From the NCBI GenBank assembly GCA_963770655.1, contig CAVYQO010000009.1, positions 69,084 through 93,083 of the forward strand: 24,000 bases of DNA. The letters run 5' to 3'. Source of the stretch: an uncultured Chloroflexia bacterium (GTDB lineage: Bacteria; Chloroflexota; Anaerolineae; Anaerolineales; UBA4823). Below the pieces are notes generated by a model that had not been told where the DNA came from, ran no database searches, and saw only the letters and a program-made list of their open reading frames with translations. Below, piece by piece: positions 18,444 to 24,000 of this stretch; within the stretch, counting starts at the first letter, position 1, and the number at the start of each line of letters is the position of its first letter. The translations under genes and the position numbers were made by a program.

Positions 18444-19322
18444 ATGATGCGATCACGGCGAGCGCTGTTGTATATGCCCGGGGATGACCTGCACAAGATA
18501 CGCAAGGCGACCACCCTGGATGCGGATTGTATTTGCATGGATATGGAGGATGGCGTTGCTGAAAATCGAAAGGAAGAAGCCCGCAAGGGTATCGTCGAAG
18601 CGCTTAATAACCTTTCGTTTGGCCGTTCGGAAAAGCTGGCGCGCATCAATCCGATTGGCTCAGGTTTAGAAAAAGCAGATTTAGAATTCGTCCTTCCATC
18701 TCGCCCGGATGGGATCGTCATTCCGAAAGTTTCCGATGGTGCTCAAATCCAATGGGTCAGCGGCCAAATTTCCCAAGTCGAGAGGCAGATGGGCTGGCCT
18801 GAGGGAAAAATCTGCCTGATGGCTGTTGTCGAGACGGCACTCGGCATAATCAACCTGAGCCAGATCGCCGGGAGCGACCAACGGCTTGAAGCGCTGATTT
18901 TCGGTTCAGAGGACTTGGCCAGCGATATTGGCGCCATTCGCACCCATGATGGCTGGGAGATTTTTTATGCACGCAGTGCCCTGGTCACCCATTGCGCCGC
19001 GTTTGGATTGCAGGCGATCGATATGGTTTTTATTGATTTTCAGGATACAAATGGTTTACGCGAAAAATCCTTACGAGGCGTTCAAATGGGTTTTGTGGGG
19101 AAGCAGATCATCCACCCCAACCAGGTGGTCCCCGTCCAGGAGGCATTTACACCAGACGACCAATCTATCGCCTATGCGCAGCGCATCACTCTGGCATTTA
19201 ACTTGCATCAGGCTAATGGCGCCGGCGCGTTTGCATTTGATGGCAAAATGATCGATTTACCTATCGTCAAAGCCGCAGAAAGAACTCTTTCACGAGCTCG
19301 GGCGGCCGGTAAAATCCCTTAA
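18444..19322 (+). CDS. HpcH/HpaI aldolase / citrate lyase beta-like (CitE-like acyl-CoA lyase)
   Basis: RRALLYMPGDDLHKIRKATTLDADCICMDMEDGVAENRKEEAR, ETALGIINLSQIA, LIFGSEDLASDIG, GKQIIHPNQVVPVQEAFTP. Confidence 0.88.
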   Translation: MMRSRRALLYMPGDDLHKIRKATTLDADCICMDMEDGVAENRKEEARKGIVEALNNLSFGRSEKLARINPIGSGLEKADLEFVLPSRPDGIVIPKVSDGAQIQWVSGQISQVERQMGWPEGKICLMAVVETALGIINLSQIAGSDQRLEALIFGSEDLASDIGAIRTHDGWEIFYARSALVTHCAAFGLQAIDMVFIDFQDTNGLREKSLRGVQMGFVGKQIIHPNQVVPVQEAFTPDDQSIAYAQRITLAFNLHQANGAGAFAFDGKMIDLPIVKAAERTLSRARAAGKIP

Positions 19323-19352
19323 GCTGCTCCACCTTCATTTTGGAGGTTAACC

Positions 19353-19755
19353 ATGGCAGAACCAGCTTCAGATCCCCCTCCCCCTGGAACGATCCTGTGG
19401 ACCGACTTAACCGTTCAGGACGCAGATCGTCTGCGCGACTTCTACTCTCAAGTCGTGGGCTGGCTGCCCGAGCCGGTGGTGATGGACGGTTACACGGATT
19501 ACAACATGAATTCGCCAATCACTGGAAAGCCAGCCGCTGGGATTTGTTTCGAGCGCGGTGTAAATTCGGGAATACCCGCCCAATGGCTTATGTATATCGT
19601 TGTGGCTGATTTAGATGCGAGCCTTCAGCGCTGCCAGGGTTTAGGCGGCAGTGTTGTTCATGGCCCGCGCGGTAATGAGAACTCAAGGTCGCTTGGTGGT
19701 GATTAAAGATCCAGCGGGTGCTTATGTTGCATTAATTGAGCTTGCTCAAACATAA
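19353..19755 (+). CDS. VOC/glyoxalase-like domain protein with an apparent +1 frameshift near 19668-19672
   Basis: GTILWTDLTVQDADRLRDFYSQVVGW...GGSVVHGPR in frame of 19353. The continuation VMRTQGRLVVIKDPAGAYVALIELAQT* is in the +1 frame, ending TAA at 19753-19755. Confidence 0.75.
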
Positions 19756-19827
19756 AAATTGGGTTAAAATTTTTTAATCGGGAAGTCTCAAATAAATAGG
19801 ATCCCTTTCGATCTGGCGGGTAAGCCT

Positions 19828-21148
19828 GTGAAAAACATTAAACCTTTCCCTGTGCTCTATATCATGATTGCAACAATACTGGTGTTGGGAGCGGTTTTAT
19901 TTCGCGAATCCCTCGTAGCAAGCGCCGAATCTGCACCCTTAGAAAAGCTGTTCGTTGTCGCGCAGGATGAGAAACCAATCAATGGCTGGGTAGTATGTAA
20001 GGATCTTGGGATTGGCCCTGTTCCAGGACTCAGCGGGAATAAACAGCGCGTCCGCCTGTGCCACGCCCAAGGTTGGAAGGTTGATACTTACTGCCTGCGA
20101 CCCGATCTCCCTGTCCCGCTTGTCGGCGGCTCTTGCGTACGCACCGGAGCGGATACCTATTGGTGTGGAAATGGACTGCAGCCTCTAAAAGAATACCGGA
20201 TCCAGCAAGTCCCAACGCCAACTCCTACCCTCACGACGACTTCGACCTTTATCCCAACCGCGACGACTACCCAGGTGCCAACAGCCAGCGCGACGCTGCC
20301 AACAGCCCCTACCCAGCCGACCCGTTATCCCTTATCCAACGGAATACCCCACGCCTCGACCAAAACCCGGTGGGCTTGGATATCGTCAGCTTTTTAGTTA
20401 TGCGTGGAACCTGCTGCGCTCAAAACCTGCCGTTGGGCAAGTACAAAATAGCACGCCTACACCTTTCAGACCGCTGCATCCCACTTTGGCTGTCACTCCT
20501 GAAATCCAGCCTCCATCACCGGCGGTTGGAACTGTTAAAGAATCGAAAATCCAGGGGGTAGAACTCAGCGCTGGTAAAAATCCATTAAGCTTGCGAATCA
20601 AGCCCTATACAAAAAAATTCAATTCGGGAAAAAATATTAAAATTTCCTTTAATCTCGGCGCAGACTGCGAATACGGTGACGGGAATGCGTGTGTCAACTC
20701 ATATATGGACACCCTCGGCGCCGAAATCACCGTCCTTACCGTCCATTCCGGTCTCGGCGGCGAGGCCCAGGAACTACGCCAGGCCTTGGAAGGTACCGGT
20801 TTTGACCAGGCGGGGGTCACCATTCAAGAGGTAAGGAGAAATTTGCAAAACCTGGTAGACAGCTCGGTAAAAATTTCGCGAGGTGCGCAGGGCGAGGCTG
20901 ACTTACGGGTTATTGCCGCGGTTCGGCTGCCAGCGCGCCAGGTGCGCGCATATATCGAGCTTCCGGTAACCGAAATCCTTGCCTACGCCGCCCAGCAAAA
21001 CTCAGAACTGCTTCCTTATGTCCATCCCGATGAACCGTTAATTCTCCTGGAAACCTGCGGCTGGCGGATGCCAGGCGAGAACATTCCACCTGGTTTGCCC
21101 GATACCTCCGCATCGATTTACTTGTTGGTGATGGGTCAGGCGCGCTAG
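19828..21148 (+). CDS. Predicted secreted or membrane-anchored protein of unknown function with Pro/Thr-rich linker; apparent +1 frameshift near 20332
   Basis: N-terminal hydrophobic signal, Cys-containing domain, linker TPTPTLTTTSTFIPTATTTQVPTASATLPTAPTQP. Removing a T near 20332 gives ...PTRYPYPTEYPTPRPKPGGLGYRQLFSYAWNLLRSKPAVG... continuous with ORF 20486..21148. Confidence 0.6.
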
Positions 21149-21221
21149 TTCATTCTCTTAACAAAGTGGGAACGAGCATACACGGGGCAAAACCGGGTAT
21201 AATTTGTTGGTTTTTGCCGTT

Positions 21222-22052
21222 ATGTTTGATTTAACCACGATCGCTGAAAATCTCGAAAAAAGGTCCGATGGTATCTGGTATGCCCGGGAGCAAAATCCGA
21301 TTGATTATCCCGAAGAAGGAAACTCATTTTGCTACCAGGTGGAGGAAGGATCTTTTTGGTTTAATCACCGGAATTCGTTTATCCTGGAGGCGCTAAGGCG
21401 TTTTCCACCTGACGGGGTTTTATTTGACATTGGCGGGGGAAATGGCTATGTCGCCATGGCCATTCAAGCCGCCGGAATCGAAACAGTGCTCTTAGAACCA
21501 GGGATCGAAGGGATCCGCAATGCACAGCGCCGCGGCTTAAAGCATCTCGTCTGCTCGACATTGGAGAGTGCTGGATTTACCGAGGGCAGCCTTCCGGCGA
21601 TTGGAATGTTCGATGTCCTGGAGCATATTCCCAATGACCAGGCTTTCTTACAGCTAATCCACCAATTGCTAGTCCCCGATGGGCGTCTATATCTGACGGT
21701 ACCAGCTTACCAATTCCTTTGGTCGATTGAAGATGTTTTTGCCCAGCACTACCGGCGCTATTCGCTGAAAATGCTCTTCAAGTTGCTGGAAGCGGCCGGT
21801 TTTCAGGTCGAATTTTCAACCTATATTTTTGCCACGTTGCCAATACCCATATTTCTTTTTCGCACATTGCCGAGTAAGTTTGGCTGGCGGCGGCACGGCG
21901 ATCTGGAAAAAATCGGCTCTGAGTTAAAAATAAACTCAGAGCCTGCCAATTCAGTATTGGACAGCATCCTGCGCCTGGAATTACGCGGTTTACAGCGGTT
22001 CAACAAGCTGCCAATTGGTGGAAGCTGCCTCTTGGCAGCCCGTAAAATCTGA
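21222..22052 (+). CDS. Class I SAM-dependent methyltransferase
   Basis: VLFDIGGGNGYVAMAIQ motif I, MFDVLEHIPND, LLVPDGRLYLTVPA, HYRRYS. ATG 21222 preferred over the upstream TTG. Confidence 0.85.
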   Translation: MFDLTTIAENLEKRSDGIWYAREQNPIDYPEEGNSFCYQVEEGSFWFNHRNSFILEALRRFPPDGVLFDIGGGNGYVAMAIQAAGIETVLLEPGIEGIRNAQRRGLKHLVCSTLESAGFTEGSLPAIGMFDVLEHIPNDQAFLQLIHQLLVPDGRLYLTVPAYQFLWSIEDVFAQHYRRYSLKMLFKLLEAAGFQVEFSTYIFATLPIPIFLFRTLPSKFGWRRHGDLEKIGSELKINSEPANSVLDSILRLELRGLQRFNKLPIGGSCLLAARKI

Positions 22053-22062
22053 ACGAAATTCC

Positions 22063-23025
22063 TCAGATCATTCGCTCAATCTGCTCAATGGCCTGGTAAT
22101 AATCATCGCCAAGATACGTTCCAGGCATTCGCATGCGCCATTCTGGTTGGGTAACAAAAATGCGCCCACCATATCCGAAAGGCGGTTTCCCTGTGTGGTA
22201 CACATCAGGTAAATATTTTGGCCAATCCACCAATTCCTCCACGGCGATATCGGTCATGGCAGTTAAAATCAACATTGCCGGGTGAAGCTCGCGAACGATT
22301 CCGGTTAACTCTTCTAAAGGCACTGCCTGGCCTAAATATGCCACCGGCCAGCGCCGCCGGCGCAGAAGCGCTGCTAACATCAGTAAACTACCTTCATGCC
22401 ACTCATGTGGCGCGCAAGCCAATACAATTGGATTGAGGGAACGTGGCGGCGGTCCACTCATCATCCACAGGATCAGGCGCTGTCTTAAATAATTCGTTGC
22501 GAAGTGTTCTGTGGCAATGTTAACCGAACCGTTTTCCCAGGACTCCCCTATCTTATTCATCGTCGGACCGATCACATCGATGATAAGCTCCTCAGGAGAA
22601 GAAGATGCCTGCGCCTCTCCCATCAGGAGCTCGGCGGATGACAAATCCTTTCTAACCAGAGCTTCGAATAGCCGCGTTTGAAACATTGCTAACAGCGTAC
22701 TTGCTTCTTTTGGCTGCTGTGTGCTCGGCTGTGAACTCGCCGGTGATTCTACCAGGTGTCCGCTCGTCTCCTGGTGGCGTAGAGCGTTTATCGCCTGTGA
22801 GGTCTGCATACCTTCATCGATGCGTTCTTTCACCCAACGCAAGCGCAGCAAATCCTTTTCGGAGTACAGCCGGTGACCGCCAGTGGTTCTTTCAGAGTCC
22901 GGAAAATCATAGCGGCGCTCCCAGGCGCGTAGAGTCGCCATAGAAACCCCTGTCATACGAGATACCACCCCAATATTATATAAGGGCTCGCGATTTCCAT
23001 TGACGACGTCCGGTAGTGGGCTCAT
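22063..23025 (-). CDS. MerR-family transcriptional regulator with C-terminal B12-binding domain (CarH/LitR-like)
   Basis: 320 aa. YNIGVVSRMTGVSMATLRAWERRYDFPDSERTTGGHRLYSEKDLLRLRWVKE HTH. W163-x9-E173-H174 motif and H210 in PHEWHEG followed by LLMLAALLRRRRWPVAYLGQAVP, typical of B12-binding folds. Confidence 0.85.
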   Translation of the reverse strand: MSPLPDVVNGNREPLYNIGVVSRMTGVSMATLRAWERRYDFPDSERTTGGHRLYSEKDLLRLRWVKERIDEGMQTSQAINALRHQETSGHLVESPASSQPSTQQPKEASTLLAMFQTRLFEALVRKDLSSAELLMGEAQASSSPEELIIDVIGPTMNKIGESWENGSVNIATEHFATNYLRQRLILWMMSGPPPRSLNPIVLACAPHEWHEGSLLMLAALLRRRRWPVAYLGQAVPLEELTGIVRELHPAMLILTAMTDIAVEELVDWPKYLPDVYHTGKPPFGYGGRIFVTQPEWRMRMPGTYLGDDYYQAIEQIERMI

Positions 23026-23066
23026 ATAATTATTCTCCTTAATTAACTTATAACCATAACATCAAA

Positions 23067-23095
23067 ACTATATCCTTGAATCTACGGATTGTCAA
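23067..23095 (-). promoter_or_regulatory. Sigma70-type promoter for the MerR/B12 regulator (TTGACA-N17-TATAGT)
   Basis: Minus strand: TTGACA at 23095-23090, 17-bp spacer, TATAGT at 23072-23067. AAGGAG RBS follows before the ATG at 23025. Confidence 0.75.
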
Positions 23096-23097
23096 GG
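23074..23097. repeat. Inverted repeat CCTTGA-N12-TCAAGG overlapping the regulator promoter, with a third CCTTGA copy at 23123-23128
   Basis: Exact 6-bp arms at 23074-23079 and 23092-23097. The third half-site overlaps the -35 of the opposite promoter. Confidence 0.6.
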
Positions 23098-23124
23098 TAT
23101 TATTCATATTTTCTATACAATGCC

Positions 23125-23153
23125 TTGACGCTTTTGGGTTTATTTGCTAAAAT
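23125..23153 (+). promoter_or_regulatory. Sigma70-type promoter for the TIGR01777-like gene (TTGACG-N17-TAAAAT)
   Basis: TTGACG 23125-23130, 17-bp spacer, TAAAAT 23148-23153. Confidence 0.65.
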
Positions 23154-23239
23154 CCAGGATGAAAAATAGGTTGAAATATAAAATTGTTTCAGCAACTATT
23201 GTATTTGTGTAGTATAGAATTAAGGAGTAGGTGATTGAT

Positions 23240-24000
23240 ATGCGATTAATCATTACGGGTGGAACCGGCCTGATCGGAACAGCCCTGGCAAAGGCCTTGG
23301 CAAAAAATGGCGATGAAGTGATCTTGCTCAGCAGAAATCCAGAACACTTTCACGAGTCGCTTCCCACCGGCGTTCGCTTACAGCGCTGGGATGGAAAAAC
23401 AGCCACGGGCTGGGGAGATCTCGTGAGTAAGGATAGTGGGATTATCAATCTAGCCGGAGCAAACTTAAGCTCGGGACGTTGGACCAGCCAGCGAAAGCAG
23501 GAAATCCTGCTCAGCCGTATCCAGGCCGGCGAGGCTGTGGTCCAGGCGATCCAGCAGGCGAAGGACAAACCGCAGGTGCTGCTCCAATCTTCTGCGGTGG
23601 GTTACTACGGTTCGCGGGGCGATGAAACCATCACCGAAAAGACCCCTGCCGGGGATGATTTCGCCAGCCAGGTGACTATCGCTTGGGAAAAATCAACCGG
23701 CGCGGTGGAGCAAATTGGGGTAAGGCGGGTCATTATCCGAACAGGGGTGGTATTATCACAAAGCGGCGGGGCGCTTCCACAAATGCTATTGCCGTTTCGG
23801 CTGTTTACCGGTGGGCCGATCGCGAATGGAAAGCAATGGTTTCCCTGGATCCATATGGATGATGAAGTGGCCGCGATTATCTTTCTGCTTCAGCATCCGG
23901 ATACGGTTGGAATTTACAATTTATCTGCCCCCTACCCTGTTCAAAATCGGGAGTTCGCTCAGGCGATTGGGAAACAAATTCACCGGCCTGCTGCCCTCCC
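23240..24000 (+). CDS. TIGR01777-family NAD-dependent epimerase (YfcH/SDR39U1-like), 3'-truncated by the window edge
   Basis: Hand translation, absent from the ORF track: MRLIITGGTGLIGTALAKALAKNGDEVILLSRNPEHF...INLAGANLSSGRWTSQRKQEILLSR...SSAVGYYGSRGDETITE...FPWIHMDDEVAAIIFLL...YNLSAPYPVQNREFAQAIG. Confidence 0.9.
   Translation, partial: MRLIITGGTGLIGTALAKALAKNGDEVILLSRNPEHFHESLPTGVRLQRWDGKTATGWGDLVSKDSGIINLAGANLSSGRWTSQRKQEILLSRIQAGEAVVQAIQQAKDKPQVLLQSSAVGYYGSRGDETITEKTPAGDDFASQVTIAWEKSTGAVEQIGVRRVIIRTGVVLSQSGGALPQMLLPFRLFTGGPIANGKQWFPWIHMDDEVAAIIFLLQHPDTVGIYNLSAPYPVQNREFAQAIGKQIHRPAAL

Noticed and set aside
18215-18721. 168-aa minus-strand ORF opposite the MaoC and CitE-like genes
   Set aside because: Antisense to two confident CDSs, Ser-rich, no recognisable domain.
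19724-19730. Recoding at the VOC protein's zero-frame TAA as the junction
   Set aside because: The +1 frame already reads as good VOC sequence about 15 codons upstream (VMRTQGRLVVI), so the break lies near 19670, not at the stop.
8855-19775. Shared TTGGGTTAAAA-like sequence at ~8855 and ~19758
   Set aside because: Only about 10 nt of AT-rich similarity at two sites. Consistent with chance.
20133-20561. 142-aa ORF overlapping the secreted protein
   Set aside because: It is in the third frame. The +1-shifted frame 2 gives the coherent linker and joins ORF 20486..21148, so this ORF is spurious.
1-24000. CRISPR arrays, transposases, integrases, toxin-antitoxin pairs, retrons, phage genes, BGC core enzymes
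   Set aside because: No regularly spaced direct repeats, terminal inverted repeats or diagnostic protein motifs seen. FabF/FabD/FabG are housekeeping FAS genes, not a PKS cluster.

Overview
This 24 kb window looks like ordinary chromosomal, mostly housekeeping DNA. Gene content and the Pro/Thr-rich secreted protein suggest a Chloroflexota/Anaerolineae-like bacterium, but that is an inference. Left arm, minus strand: moaC-moaD-moaE-threonine synthase-fabF, then the start of a further small CDS at the left edge. Right arm, plus strand: ftsY, prfB, a large multipass membrane protein, rpmF, fabD, fabG, an Asp23-family gene, nusB, tatA/B, tatC, an acyl-CoA carboxylase (methylcrotonyl-CoA carboxylase-like) / MaoC hydratase / CitE-like lyase operon, a VOC protein, a secreted protein and a methyltransferase. 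A minus-strand MerR + B12-binding (CarH-like) regulator is divergent from a TIGR01777-type epimerase that runs off the right edge. I see no CRISPR array, transposon, tRNA, rRNA or obvious defence system. The most notable signals are: (1) a prfB autoregulatory frameshift site (CTT TGA C) followed by a second +1 discontinuity, also at a TGA; (2) five apparent frame breaks of the same polarity (one surplus base each), probably sequence errors but worth checking; (3) a symmetric divergent promoter pair placing ftsY and moaC on near-leaderless mRNAs; (4) a CarH-like photoreceptor regulator with an inverted repeat across its own promoter; (5) a carboxylase/MaoC/CitE operon with a split alpha subunit and an embedded oxidoreductase.
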